IMG/VR virus record: IMGVR_UViG_3300028490_000003
Origin: an uncultured virus (IMG/VR IMGVR_UViG_3300028490_000003)
Taxonomy: Duplodnaviria; Heunggongvirae; Uroviricota; Caudoviricetes
Strand: one strand, 5' to 3'
Length of the DNA stretch: 63,859 nt
Part shown: positions 40,601 through 49,705 of the stretch, in pieces
Numbering within the stretch: position 1 is the first letter of the stretch
Layout of the letters: every line of letters begins with the position of its first letter
Notes under the pieces: model-generated
What the model was told of the DNA's origin: nothing
The model's database searches: none
What the model saw: only the letters and a program-made list of their open reading frames with translations
Made by a program: the position numbers and the translations under genes

Positions 40601-43600
40601 CTGAAGTTACTAGAATAAATAATATTATAATAGATGCGAAAGAAGAGCATTTACAAAATAAAGCAAATTCATTTTTAGAGGCACTTCTAATAAATGCTTC
40701 TAGAACGCCTGGGCAAAGTATGCAGTCAGGTTATAATGCTAGAGTAATAGAATTTATAAATGCTCAGGGAAATGCTGTTATGGCACCAACTGAACACCTT
40801 GTAACTACAGGGGGTGACTTTGATATTGATACACTTAATATACTTACAAGTAATATTACTAAAGACGGTATTATACTTTCTTATGAGGAGTTTATGGATG
40901 AAGGTCACTTTAACAGAGAAAGATTCTTTAAGAAGTTCGAAGATACTATAAAAGAAGCTAATGAATCTTTAGATAATTACTTTACAGATTTTAAAAATAT
41001 CCTTGATGAGAAGATTGCAATCTTAGAAAGTGCTGAAATAGAGAAAGAAGAAAAAGAGCACCAATTAAAAACCTTACATCAGTTACAATTTACTGAAAGT
41101 CAGGTAAAAAGAATGAGGAAAAATTTAAATACAAATATAATCAATTCTTTTGATTCACATGTATTAAATATAATGAAAGATAGTATTACTGGAGCATATA
41201 GTAATATAGATGCGGCTATTGCCGCTAGTACTCCTATGGTATTTACTATTATGAAAGCTATTGAGGCCACTGCTATTGATTTATCAGAGACTAAAAAAAT
41301 TGAGTTTATGCAATACCATGGGGAATCTCCTATCTATAATATGTTAGCTGAAGAGGAGGCCCTTCAAGGTAAAGGTGGTATTAGTGTTTACGCTATATCT
41401 ATAAAGATGAATGGGTCTATTCAAGGAGCTAGAGTAATGTGGGATAAAAAATATAAAGATTCTATAGGGGATTTATACGATAATGAAAATATAGATAATA
41501 TTTTTGATGCTGTATCTGATAATGATGCTCCATACATGTTCCAAGGGCATCTTGAAACTAATAGTGTACGAAGACCTTCATTGAGATCTTTACAAAATTC
41601 TAGTGGGGTTATCTATTTTACAGATACTCCTATAAATGATACTAGTGCTAAGCATACATTTAATATAGCGTCTGCAACTACCTTAGTATTAACAGCTGGG
41701 GATACGTATAATTCTGCAGATAGTCTTGGTAAGATTAGGGATGATGCTTTAGCTAGCGGTTATTCATCAGTAGTTATCAAAGGGTTTGAAAAAAATGGAT
41801 CCTTTTACAATATAGTAATACCTACTGAAGTTAATTCAGATTCTATTAAAAAACCTGAGAAGGGTACATTTAAAATAGACCCATTTAGATTTGATCTTTC
41901 TATCTCATATAGCCTTAGAGGGAAAAAAGTTACTAGAACCCGTCATACGTTCGCAGATTTAAATGAAAATATACTTAAACAATATGTAAAAAATAAAGAT
42001 TTTAACAGAGCAGCATTTAGTATACCTTCTGAAGAACTAACTGGTCCTGAGACAGATAAACTAACTAGTGGCCTTATAGAAGTATTACTTAATAATATTA
42101 AAATAGATAGAAATAGCTCTGACACGCCAATTGCTGATATTATAAAAGAAGTATTTAATATAGATATAGATATTAAAGCTACTAAAATGGATGAAGCTAT
42201 AATAGAATTTTATGATAAAATACATGCTGATAAACAACAACTAGTAGATGCTTATTTATACCTAATAGGGAAAGATACTATATACGATGTGCAAGCACAA
42301 TTTATGTCATCGGCTGTAGATAATGCGAAAGAACTTATTCTTAGTAAAATTAAAGCTAATGACTTTACTAATTCAATCGTATCTACTATGATGCTTTTAG
42401 GATTTGATGCTAATATTATAGTAGAATTTTTACATGATCCTATGATGGATGTTATATTAGATAAGTTATTAGATAAGAAGGTTAATTTTGAAGATGTTTT
42501 CTTGTCTACTAAATTGCTTAAAGAACTTAAAGGGGTTAGTGAAAAGAATACTTTTGTAAAATCATTAATAAAGATATTAGAAGTTAATACAGAAGTATTT
42601 AATTTCTTAAGTGTTAAAAACTTAAATGAAAACTTTAAGATAGATCAATATGCCCTTGATAAAATTAATGGGAAAATAGCTACAAAAAAGTTATATAAAG
42701 CTATTTTAGATAAGGATATAACTAAAATACCTAGACCTAGGAAAAAAGATAAAGGTAAGAAAATATTTCATCCAGAGCTTATGATATTTTTACATGAGCC
42801 AACTAATGCTTTATTTGTTAATATCTATGAAGTAGAAAATTCTTTACTACCAGCACTATCTAGAATAGTAACAGTATTGAGAAAAATAAGTGGGGATGAT
42901 AAAAGTGATATAATATATAAAAATATTAATAATTATATATCAAGAGCTTTAGTAGATATGTATATTAAAAATAAAAAATATACTGGAACTATATTAGATG
43001 ATAATGGTAATGAAGTAGAGAAAAGTTTAACTGATCCTTATGTAAGAGAAGAATTTGTATTAGGATTCAAAGATTATTTTTTAAAGACTGTACATGAATT
43101 AAAGAATGTTTACGGAGTAGATACTAATGTGTTTGATTACTTTGGATCAGCGTTACAATATCAATCTGAGTTTTCACAATTAAATGTTCCTTTACTAAAT
43201 CATTCTAGGCCTGATAATATAAAAATAGGATCTATACAACAGGGGATCAAGGACTTAAAGGTAACTGAAGAAGACGCAGAAACTACTAGAAAGAAAATAA
43301 AGTTTCATGATAATTTAATGAAGTATGCTCTTATTGTAAATGCTGGAGAAATTAAAAAGAATTCTTTGGTGGAATTATTTCCAGAGATTTTATTTGATTT
43401 TTCAGAGTATTTAAAGACTTTAAAAGATACTGATTTCTTTAGTATAGTAATAAAAAATAAATATATAAAAGATTTAATAAAAGGAACAGTACATACTAAA
43501 AGAGAATTATTAGAGGAGGTATATAAGCAACAATTAAGAGGTGCCAATAAGTCAGATAATTTTGAATCTTATGGAAATACTATAAATGACGACACTTTTG

Positions 43601-45279
43601 GGGATGATGCACAAGGGGAAAACATGCAAGTTTATTCTGCAGATAGTACTGAATTAGAGGATCAACTTGATCTTGATGAGACTACCAGTAGAAAAACTAA
43701 TACACGTACTGTAGGAGGAAAAAAAGTAGAAAAAGTTCCCAGCAATCTTAGAAATAAGATATTTAAGTCTAATGACACTTCTCTTTATAAGGAGATCTTT
43801 TTAGGAGTATCTCCTGGGTTCCCAGCCTTTAGATTATTTCCAGCGGGTATCAAGGAGGCTATATTTAATGAGTCTGTATCTAGAGAATTTGAAGCATTTA
43901 ATCTAAGTACTAAATTATTAGCTGACTTAAGTAGATCTGGCTATAGGATTGGTATGGCTTCTATATATAAAGGAGATAGCACTGTATTAGGTTATAGTGG
44001 TGTTAAGAGAATAAATAAAAAATTCTTTGATATGTATTTAGTACAGATAGGTTCTTTATTATATTATGTTCCTGGAATAAGTATAATGGAAGCAGATCCA
44101 GAAATATTTTTATCTAAGAATAGAATAGAAAAAGTAAGCGCTAAAAATATGTATGATGCTGAGAAAATCATAGATAAGGTTACTAGATTTATTCCAGCTT
44201 TAGAGGACTATACTATAGAGCGTGCAGGAATTGATGGATTTGTTATGAGCTCAACCACTAAAAAATTAATTGGTGGAATGGTGCTTGATAAAATGAATCC
44301 TGTAGAAAAGTCTGATATTAGTGTATTACAAAGAGACGATATACATGTTTTACAAAGTTCTAGAGAAGGATCGTATAGTAATATAATGAATAGAATGTTT
44401 CAAAATGTATTACAAAATAACTTTACATACGATGCAGAGGATGTTGATAGTGTGTTTGTACCTCATATAGTAGGAAAAACATTTAATGGTAATTTTGATA
44501 CTAATACTTCTTTTACTATGAATTCTATTTATATGAAGATATTAGAGGGAGTTAATAAAATGGATGCAAAGGAATCATTAGTATTTATAGGATCTGTAAC
44601 TCCTAACTATGGTAAAACTGGAGGAGATTCTAAACTTACCGAGATAGGAGGAGATAATCTAATTAGAAATATGATTAAAAAATATTTTGATGTAGATATA
44701 ATAGCTGAAGGTAACTATACTATAGGTAACTTTAAAGTACATGTATCTACAGAATCTTCAGAAGATGGTACAATAAATACTAGGGTTTTTAAGTTCTATA
44801 AAGCAACTACCCAGTTGAGTTATCAAATCGAACATGAAGGTAAATTATTTACAGTAGATGTTAACAGGTATTGGGATAAGATTAGTAAAAAAACTATATC
44901 AAGTGTAAAAAATAAGAATATAAACAGTTCTTATTATTACAAGATGTTGTTTAATGGAATAGTTAATAACGTGCCACTACACGCTGGAGCGTTTCCTGAA
45001 TCTCTTACAAAGATAGATGTATTTAATAATGCAGTTTATTTAGGAGTAATAGGGGATGTGAAAACTAGTAAAACTCTGGTAGTTGGATTACAGGCTGAAG
45101 GAGGATCTATTAATTATTATAAACTTAAGAATTCTAGAATAAAAACTCCTGTAGTAGATGGGTCTGATATAAAGGTATCAAAAGATATATTTAATAATAT
45201 TTTAAGTATTATTGAAGAGGATAATGAGATAGGTGATGTTGCTAGAAGGAGATTAAGAAATAAAAATATTATATGTTAA
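34639..45279 (+). CDS. Virion-packaged single-chain double-psi-beta-barrel RNA polymerase (crAss-like)
   Basis: 3546 aa. Catalytic GGDFDID at 40810-40830, preceded by SRTPGQ. DFDID rather than DFDGD is the motif known from the crAss-like phi14:2 gp66 RNAP. It is the middle one of three giant genes. Confidence 0.9.
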   Translation: MNKCSKISLASLELVAKNKDNDTKKTIKEIVNVMNMHKLEPEEALKSYFFLKNPNVPTIHKKNFINGRDKAKYAKILATKDFSSLVKISTDGEYNSLEELKEAVISRLNYVGDREDSHSAARGLNDLFGRSSEEEVEEEILATIQKEERIQSYLTSSSSDMMIKKSKRIEKTSKDISGSSDVWGSFLNVYFEGMTDIGTEFNEFATNKVMNSLIDFTEEGVGFVDNISKVIEDLKTEVFDSKEALKESSSGNFDITKANLQGNENLKNRYFYDILHNELDFILENSIKLVVKNDRETYNKYTEVYGFNGVEDVGGIVYLNTEFLEKLGVIFMNEEGDYETSRGDYIINTIDSDLYDFKSRSDLKPDSFYYVVHDDIYIYITKDGSMRDVSVRSSYNINTRNNRRTMAFGKEADVLDQGTAFINNIFSAVRIIRLNPKKMVYEYGNRMSISEFYKLSPFLIKTRPTLQSLNERLSELMDGENVEIANIARSTYYHFFSPTSKLVGADSVFSLSTKKGKDGFNYQNDNIVTALGSALISKKHEKYFEFNGNSINITKDLLQDIPEYFIDDNLATYLTNRGYTKPIIANHLFVKGGDVIIYKNNKYTNDSIRLDDIKTIEDAMEASKILNLSSFTDPLYQYIADKEYLDRDIESAFVTIVQKLITISANNMKTRVAGKKQSSRLGAILDDSYIAHGDYKYVKPTVVFTKIEIDYLIPIFTPETLGNVSVAGNKRPSLNLPNRNAFLQSQIIDLKKLSAYTFNPILSKNSPVWDVDTSLLDYYIKAPMTSGGVTLGVAEWGQGKRLEFEIINGFINGPVKSRNIGELGNTFFIQPLGYSDKANPHVFRMVLGEDVNIFKPGTEFEQQMEDAYINFEIARYEDMQKVLIEDMAYFIGGNYNEIYNTLKKEGANKTRLINLSKLRNMLLGKTYPTQGDMTRPINLLLDKIKIPNKIIKYAETTLEHKSDFVDIGGNHVILKPHMGVRAAAFRDHGEDILTKHIEDYEELMTKHKVSKKNVIDSFRYAKRAMKLRGVKKQYVSSFNDIVKRVFIANHIYGTSVKVITMADESSYPIKKYNASNISAYYKDIDTGKTSGLEDIDGMQKAQYKRSQSNLSGGVRYMQNETIEGIKHKSNRDNILNFLEIYEDEDGKLEHRYDKLQGKSLYELYALGVIDSFDNKSLVKIDKTGNFLVRIKEGNDIIEFKSTQYDASDEYDIGIKKLFTDAIKVSSTGKQNVKILPNTKNIHNNRKDYLELHQIEDKFNEKGLAAILPDTIHSILVEDPVSYVNLLNFFGYDQDNSDGVQFIHPVLYHMFDNSRGGEFGAFHSTNYEALKTITTVINHRNAKQQLQKKAVQMPFSIEQLTKVGNIKLWNAFKTMNTAVEFKKKRMRVIVDKEGNKDILIFNNMQQLVEHFIALNSDNLTDQIWEDIIHTLEENPANMYSFVGNITFETTQKTGNYSENTFDNIFEKNFTTTKPNLYQTNYEYNFEILSKAHSYDISEDSALSLLTQLVNSISLGGVTDTESFNLQSAMASLAEVHKAILGKDFEKIARAKLEESGNSKYNSIIERFSTGNLDVEGFTAEQKELYADIVREGLASMANLAYNETTSPKLIKDLIDNSKYSLDTPAIQRIVLGTLRSNLFKATVKIKQNGFIAVVTTPHLTASVYSYVTEKGKNRRLTRQAFIKANLNRFDETSGAKEITFLITDESSIAIADENLTPFDSIKVKELGKAPVIVAKHTIVANEGYPPGTIFTMVLPPDSVESTKLDNVTDILKESTDENALAIGDNSLVNIVEDGKDNTYYAWYALEVYGLDGLTKLIKAGKVTRNTVEKYSLRWYKYINKVGAEIEDTEAFKNYYRIYLNKDSNNSDKESAKAVLFLELVREDNDGDKIWSVIPAEIITPNFLAGAFNLDPDVSLSDILGIEGDTFVNVKNYFRNRLKFNLFKPVKETSRREFLLAKYGRKYAFSGATYIKEIIGVLTNNTTISSLSTSEVTRINNIIIDAKEEHLQNKANSFLEALLINASRTPGQSMQSGYNARVIEFINAQGNAVMAPTEHLVTTGGDFDIDTLNILTSNITKDGIILSYEEFMDEGHFNRERFFKKFEDTIKEANESLDNYFTDFKNILDEKIAILESAEIEKEEKEHQLKTLHQLQFTESQVKRMRKNLNTNIINSFDSHVLNIMKDSITGAYSNIDAAIAASTPMVFTIMKAIEATAIDLSETKKIEFMQYHGESPIYNMLAEEEALQGKGGISVYAISIKMNGSIQGARVMWDKKYKDSIGDLYDNENIDNIFDAVSDNDAPYMFQGHLETNSVRRPSLRSLQNSSGVIYFTDTPINDTSAKHTFNIASATTLVLTAGDTYNSADSLGKIRDDALASGYSSVVIKGFEKNGSFYNIVIPTEVNSDSIKKPEKGTFKIDPFRFDLSISYSLRGKKVTRTRHTFADLNENILKQYVKNKDFNRAAFSIPSEELTGPETDKLTSGLIEVLLNNIKIDRNSSDTPIADIIKEVFNIDIDIKATKMDEAIIEFYDKIHADKQQLVDAYLYLIGKDTIYDVQAQFMSSAVDNAKELILSKIKANDFTNSIVSTMMLLGFDANIIVEFLHDPMMDVILDKLLDKKVNFEDVFLSTKLLKELKGVSEKNTFVKSLIKILEVNTEVFNFLSVKNLNENFKIDQYALDKINGKIATKKLYKAILDKDITKIPRPRKKDKGKKIFHPELMIFLHEPTNALFVNIYEVENSLLPALSRIVTVLRKISGDDKSDIIYKNINNYISRALVDMYIKNKKYTGTILDDNGNEVEKSLTDPYVREEFVLGFKDYFLKTVHELKNVYGVDTNVFDYFGSALQYQSEFSQLNVPLLNHSRPDNIKIGSIQQGIKDLKVTEEDAETTRKKIKFHDNLMKYALIVNAGEIKKNSLVELFPEILFDFSEYLKTLKDTDFFSIVIKNKYIKDLIKGTVHTKRELLEEVYKQQLRGANKSDNFESYGNTINDDTFGDDAQGENMQVYSADSTELEDQLDLDETTSRKTNTRTVGGKKVEKVPSNLRNKIFKSNDTSLYKEIFLGVSPGFPAFRLFPAGIKEAIFNESVSREFEAFNLSTKLLADLSRSGYRIGMASIYKGDSTVLGYSGVKRINKKFFDMYLVQIGSLLYYVPGISIMEADPEIFLSKNRIEKVSAKNMYDAEKIIDKVTRFIPALEDYTIERAGIDGFVMSSTTKKLIGGMVLDKMNPVEKSDISVLQRDDIHVLQSSREGSYSNIMNRMFQNVLQNNFTYDAEDVDSVFVPHIVGKTFNGNFDTNTSFTMNSIYMKILEGVNKMDAKESLVFIGSVTPNYGKTGGDSKLTEIGGDNLIRNMIKKYFDVDIIAEGNYTIGNFKVHVSTESSEDGTINTRVFKFYKATTQLSYQIEHEGKLFTVDVNRYWDKISKKTISSVKNKNINSSYYYKMLFNGIVNNVPLHAGAFPESLTKIDVFNNAVYLGVIGDVKTSKTLVVGLQAEGGSINYYKLKNSRIKTPVVDGSDIKVSKDIFNNILSIIEEDNEIGDVARRRLRNKNIIC

Positions 45280-45290
45280 AATAAGAAAAT

Positions 45291-48200
45291 ATGAATTGTA
45301 AAATTTCAATAGATATAAATAAAGGTAAGCATTCAGTTAATGTTTCTAAATATGGAGCTAATATAGCTACTGATATGCTTTCTGCTTCAAGTGTCTTTAA
45401 CGAGAGCACATTTGAGATGGAGCAAAAACCTACAGTTTCTTTTGCATCAATAGCTAAGAAGACAAAAGCACAAAAAGTGTTATCAAGTTTCTTTTTAACT
45501 AATGATAATAGTAGTTTTAACTCTAATAGTATGAGGAAGATATACGGAGATAAGACTGTAGACAGCTTTATTAAACTTACATTATCTACAACAGAAGAAA
45601 GACTTAAAAAAGTTACTGCTATTTTTAATAGTAATAATAAAATTAAAAGTACTTTACTTACTGAGAATGCCCCTATAGTAGTAGAAGATGATAAATTCAC
45701 AGCAGACGAGGATCCTACACGAGATTATATATCTATAGATAATACAATTTTAAAGCAGATAGATTTAGCAATACCTAAAAGTATAGTTGGAGAAGAACGT
45801 AATATTGAGTTAAATAATTTATTAAGTATTTTTATTACATCAGCTTTTCAAAGAGGGTATAGTGTTCATATTAAAAATCCTTTAAATGGTACTCACATCT
45901 CAATAGGTGCGAAAGCTTTCAATAAGGCTAATAATGGTAAGAATGCAAATTACATATCATCTAGCCAAAGAACAGATGCATTAGCACATATTATATTCTC
46001 TCAAGATATTATAAAAACTATTAGTAACTTAGATAGAGATAATACTAAAAAAGATAAGATAGTTCCTTCAAAGGATTCTGGACTTCTTACTGATTTCTTA
46101 TCTGAAGAAGATAGAATATTTGTGGATAAATTTAAACTTATTCCACTATCAAGTAAGGCTTTTATAGCAGGTAGTATTGCGGATGTATTTTTAGAATTTA
46201 TACCTAACTTAAAAGTAAATTTATTAACTACAGCAGAAATTAAAGAAACTTATAACAATGCTTTCTCTACAAAAAAAGGATTTATAATAGGCGGGGAAAT
46301 AGTTATAAATTTAGATACATTTACACCTGATACAATGTTCCATGAGATGGGTCACTTCTATATGAAATGGCTTTCAGAATATAATCCATCGCTTAAGAAG
46401 AAGATTTTAAATAATATGAAGGATCTTTTTTCAAGTGATATAGTAAACTATACTAAAATATATACTGACACAGGAATAGCTTTTTCAGAGGATGATATAT
46501 TAGAAGAGATATTTACTACTAAATTAGGATTAGATGGGTTTAAAGGATTATCTAAAGTAATGGATGTGAATGAAATACGTTCATTTGATAAAAAAGTAAA
46601 GCGCCTGGTATCTGATTCTCCAATAACAAATAGTAATCTTAAAGGAGCTGATATCTTTTTCGTAGATAATACAGACTCTTTTAAAAATACTAATAAAGAT
46701 GTTATTAATATGTCTTCGATGGATATTACCAAAGAAGGATTCTTTGCGAGTTTATTTCAACCTGTACCATTATCTTCTAAATCTATAGTAGTAGGGCCAT
46801 TTAAAAATGATTCTGATGTATCTATTGATAATATTAAGTTTAAAGCTAATATGGCAGAAGCTGCTAGTGCGTATGAGTATTTTCTATTGAATGGGGTAGA
46901 TAGCAAGCTTGTTAAGAAATATGACCTTTCTACAGAACACCAAAATATACTAACTAAACAGCATGCTTTTATATTAAATAATATAGAGTTTAATAATTTA
47001 AATGCCCCAATGGTTGAGAATTATATAAACATAGAAATGGGAGATTATTCTTTTTCTGAGATATTATATAATTTTTCTAAGCAATTACAGGTAAATGAGG
47101 ATCTAGAGAGTAAAGATAAAAATGTATTTAAATATAGAGGTAGAAGTATAAAATTAGATTTTCATCTTGGTTATGAACAAGAAGTAGCACTTAAAAAAGC
47201 TATTGATTTTACAGTAGAGACTAAGCATTCTACTCCTTTAATAATACAAGGATCAGCAGGTACTGGTAAAAATACAGTTATAAAAAATCTTTATAAATAT
47301 TTAAAGACTCCTATAACATATATTTCTCCTACACATTCATCTAGTTTATTAGCAGCAAAGAATTTAAATGATACTATTACAAAGATGCCTAGAGTAATTA
47401 ATGATGTAATAGGTAAATTATCTACTGGTCATAAAGTGTTTCTTAAAAATAGTGAAAATGACAATAGTGAACCTAATGGTATTTTTATTGTAGATGAAAT
47501 AAATATGATTAATGATGAAGATGTTTTCTGGCTAAGATTTAATTTAGGTGGTTTTAATAAAGCTGAAATCAGTAATTTAACAGAGCAGGAGCAATCATTC
47601 TTCTATATACCTAGAAATACACCTAGTAGAACATTAAATGCTTTACGCTCAAGATTTACGCTAGAGAATGAAACAATAGAAGGTGAAGAAATGTATTTTA
47701 TAAATACTCTTAGACCATCTGTTAAATTAGTGGGATTGGGGGACATTAAGAAAATTAGTCCTTTTTCTAACGAGGGCGATTCTATTAGTAAATTTTTTGA
47801 TACATATAATACAGCTAAGATAGGTAAAATATATAGTGCAAAAGCTGAAGATCTTTTAGCTTATACTAATTATGTAAGAAAGCAACGTTCTTTTAAACCT
47901 GTAAGTATACAGGGTACTGATGAGTCTCTTTTATTTGTAAATGGGGAAGAAGACATGTTTACTTTATTTACAAAAGATTTAACATTAGATAGAACTAAAG
48001 CTTCTTTCTTAACTCCTGATGAACATGAGGTAGAGTATGTAAATAATCGTATAAAACAATTATTAGATGGTACTACTACTACTATTGTAGGTGATGCTAT
48101 TGTAGGATATAAAGGAAGTGGTAATAAAAGTATTATTAAAAATAATTATACAGATAATAATGTAAAAGATTTAGGCTTCGCAGAGGATATTACTTATAAA

Positions 48201-49679
48201 GTTACAAATATTCTTAAAGAGGAGTTTTCTTTAGGAGAAAGAGTTTTACAGGCTGTTAAACTAACTGGAGTATCTGAAGAAACTTCAAGCTTTATAAAGC
48301 CCCTAAATAAGACAAAATTTAAAACTAAGAATCTATATTCTAAAGTTACTAGACATATTATACCTTTATTCAGTGATGATAATATAAACCTAGATAATAT
48401 GCTTGAGGTTGATTTTTCTAATAATAGATCAGAGTTGGCTGATTATATAGCTGATAAATTTACAGAGATAGAAGAAAAAGACATATCAGCTGATGATGTG
48501 CAGGTAGAAAAACAAGCATTTATTACAGACTTATTTACTTCTAAAATAGATATAAGTAAAAAAATAGTAATAGATTTAACTACTAAGAAAATAACTCCAT
48601 TTGCAGAAATAAATAAATTAGATGGTAATTATATAATCATTGAGAAAGGATTAGATTATAACTATGCTATGGATGTATATAAGGGAGCTGGTAAGAATAT
48701 GTCTAATGTTTATATTGATATAGATAGTATTCAAGATATATCAGAAAAAGGAAGTATATATGATTTTCATAATAATAATATAAATGATTTTAAAAACTCT
48801 ATGTTCTACACAGCTTTAAGTTCTGTAGCAGATAGGGCCGTAGTGTATTCTAAAACTAATAATGTATATTCAGATGAAATTACTACTGATGAAATTGGTA
48901 TTAATGAGGAAGAATCTAAGTATATAAATAGAAAAGTAGGGGAGACTATAAAGACTTATACTAGGTCCTTTATGAAGAAATTGATAGGATCAGTTACATT
49001 AAATGATGATTTATCTAGAGTTGCAGATAATGGCGTATTTAGTATTTTAGATATGTTAGATATGGCATATACAGAAGGTACAGAATTTACCCCTATCTAT
49101 GATATAGATAATATGAATGACGCTGTTACTCATATTAAAAATTTCACTCTTCAAAAAGCCTCTATTGTTGAAATTACTAACGGGTTGCTTAACAGAGGGT
49201 TAATTACAAAAACACCTGATGGGCGATTAGTTCTTAAAGATATTGATGGTAATTATATGGATCATAACGGTAATTATATCGACGGTCCATCTAGTCTGGT
49301 TGTAGGTGATGAGGATATTATTTCTAATGAGATGATTAGAAAGATGTATGGTTATCTTAATATAAATAAGGATGCTTCTCAAATAATGTTTGCCGTGGAT
49401 AGAAAAGTTATTAATACTGCTATTGACACTGTTAAAAGTATATCTAGTAAAATAGCTAGAAATGATAAAGGTAGATATGAGATGAATGGGGTAGAACTAA
49501 AAGGTGCTACAAGAATAATAGAAGATGAATTTAGTGACCCTTTTGAAGTAGATCAACATGTTAAGTTGAGTATTTTTTATGAGGGTGTAGATAGTATTAA
49601 AAAGGTTTACATCTCTCAAGGGATGTCTGAGAAAGAAGCTGAGAATAAGGCTATCGCACAAAGTGAAAAAATATATTAG
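45291..49679 (+). CDS. Giant cargo protein, N-terminal part: zincin-like metallopeptidase plus degenerate RecD/Dda-like helicase
   Basis: HEMGH (46341-46355) with a downstream EE. GSAGTGKN (~47250), FIVDE, LGD and YAMDVYKGAG. Ends in the only TAG among the + strand genes, inside a nuclease domain. Confidence 0.8.
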   Translation: MNCKISIDINKGKHSVNVSKYGANIATDMLSASSVFNESTFEMEQKPTVSFASIAKKTKAQKVLSSFFLTNDNSSFNSNSMRKIYGDKTVDSFIKLTLSTTEERLKKVTAIFNSNNKIKSTLLTENAPIVVEDDKFTADEDPTRDYISIDNTILKQIDLAIPKSIVGEERNIELNNLLSIFITSAFQRGYSVHIKNPLNGTHISIGAKAFNKANNGKNANYISSSQRTDALAHIIFSQDIIKTISNLDRDNTKKDKIVPSKDSGLLTDFLSEEDRIFVDKFKLIPLSSKAFIAGSIADVFLEFIPNLKVNLLTTAEIKETYNNAFSTKKGFIIGGEIVINLDTFTPDTMFHEMGHFYMKWLSEYNPSLKKKILNNMKDLFSSDIVNYTKIYTDTGIAFSEDDILEEIFTTKLGLDGFKGLSKVMDVNEIRSFDKKVKRLVSDSPITNSNLKGADIFFVDNTDSFKNTNKDVINMSSMDITKEGFFASLFQPVPLSSKSIVVGPFKNDSDVSIDNIKFKANMAEAASAYEYFLLNGVDSKLVKKYDLSTEHQNILTKQHAFILNNIEFNNLNAPMVENYINIEMGDYSFSEILYNFSKQLQVNEDLESKDKNVFKYRGRSIKLDFHLGYEQEVALKKAIDFTVETKHSTPLIIQGSAGTGKNTVIKNLYKYLKTPITYISPTHSSSLLAAKNLNDTITKMPRVINDVIGKLSTGHKVFLKNSENDNSEPNGIFIVDEINMINDEDVFWLRFNLGGFNKAEISNLTEQEQSFFYIPRNTPSRTLNALRSRFTLENETIEGEEMYFINTLRPSVKLVGLGDIKKISPFSNEGDSISKFFDTYNTAKIGKIYSAKAEDLLAYTNYVRKQRSFKPVSIQGTDESLLFVNGEEDMFTLFTKDLTLDRTKASFLTPDEHEVEYVNNRIKQLLDGTTTTIVGDAIVGYKGSGNKSIIKNNYTDNNVKDLGFAEDITYKVTNILKEEFSLGERVLQAVKLTGVSEETSSFIKPLNKTKFKTKNLYSKVTRHIIPLFSDDNINLDNMLEVDFSNNRSELADYIADKFTEIEEKDISADDVQVEKQAFITDLFTSKIDISKKIVIDLTTKKITPFAEINKLDGNYIIIEKGLDYNYAMDVYKGAGKNMSNVYIDIDSIQDISEKGSIYDFHNNNINDFKNSMFYTALSSVADRAVVYSKTNNVYSDEITTDEIGINEEESKYINRKVGETIKTYTRSFMKKLIGSVTLNDDLSRVADNGVFSILDMLDMAYTEGTEFTPIYDIDNMNDAVTHIKNFTLQKASIVEITNGLLNRGLITKTPDGRLVLKDIDGNYMDHNGNYIDGPSSLVVGDEDIISNEMIRKMYGYLNINKDASQIMFAVDRKVINTAIDTVKSISSKIARNDKGRYEMNGVELKGATRIIEDEFSDPFEVDQHVKLSIFYEGVDSIKKVYISQGMSEKEAENKAIAQSEKIY

Positions 49680-49695
49680 AGGCTGGTCCAGCTTT
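49666..49695 (+). other. -1 frame break (A6 run plus small hairpin) joining 45291..49679 and 49706..54034
   Basis: The -1 frame is open from 49667 (KNILEAGPAFQKKMKAKK...). The hairpin AGGCTG-GTC-CAGCTT starts ~8 nt after the A6 run. Confidence 0.7.
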
Positions 49696-49705
49696 CCAAA
49701 AGAAA

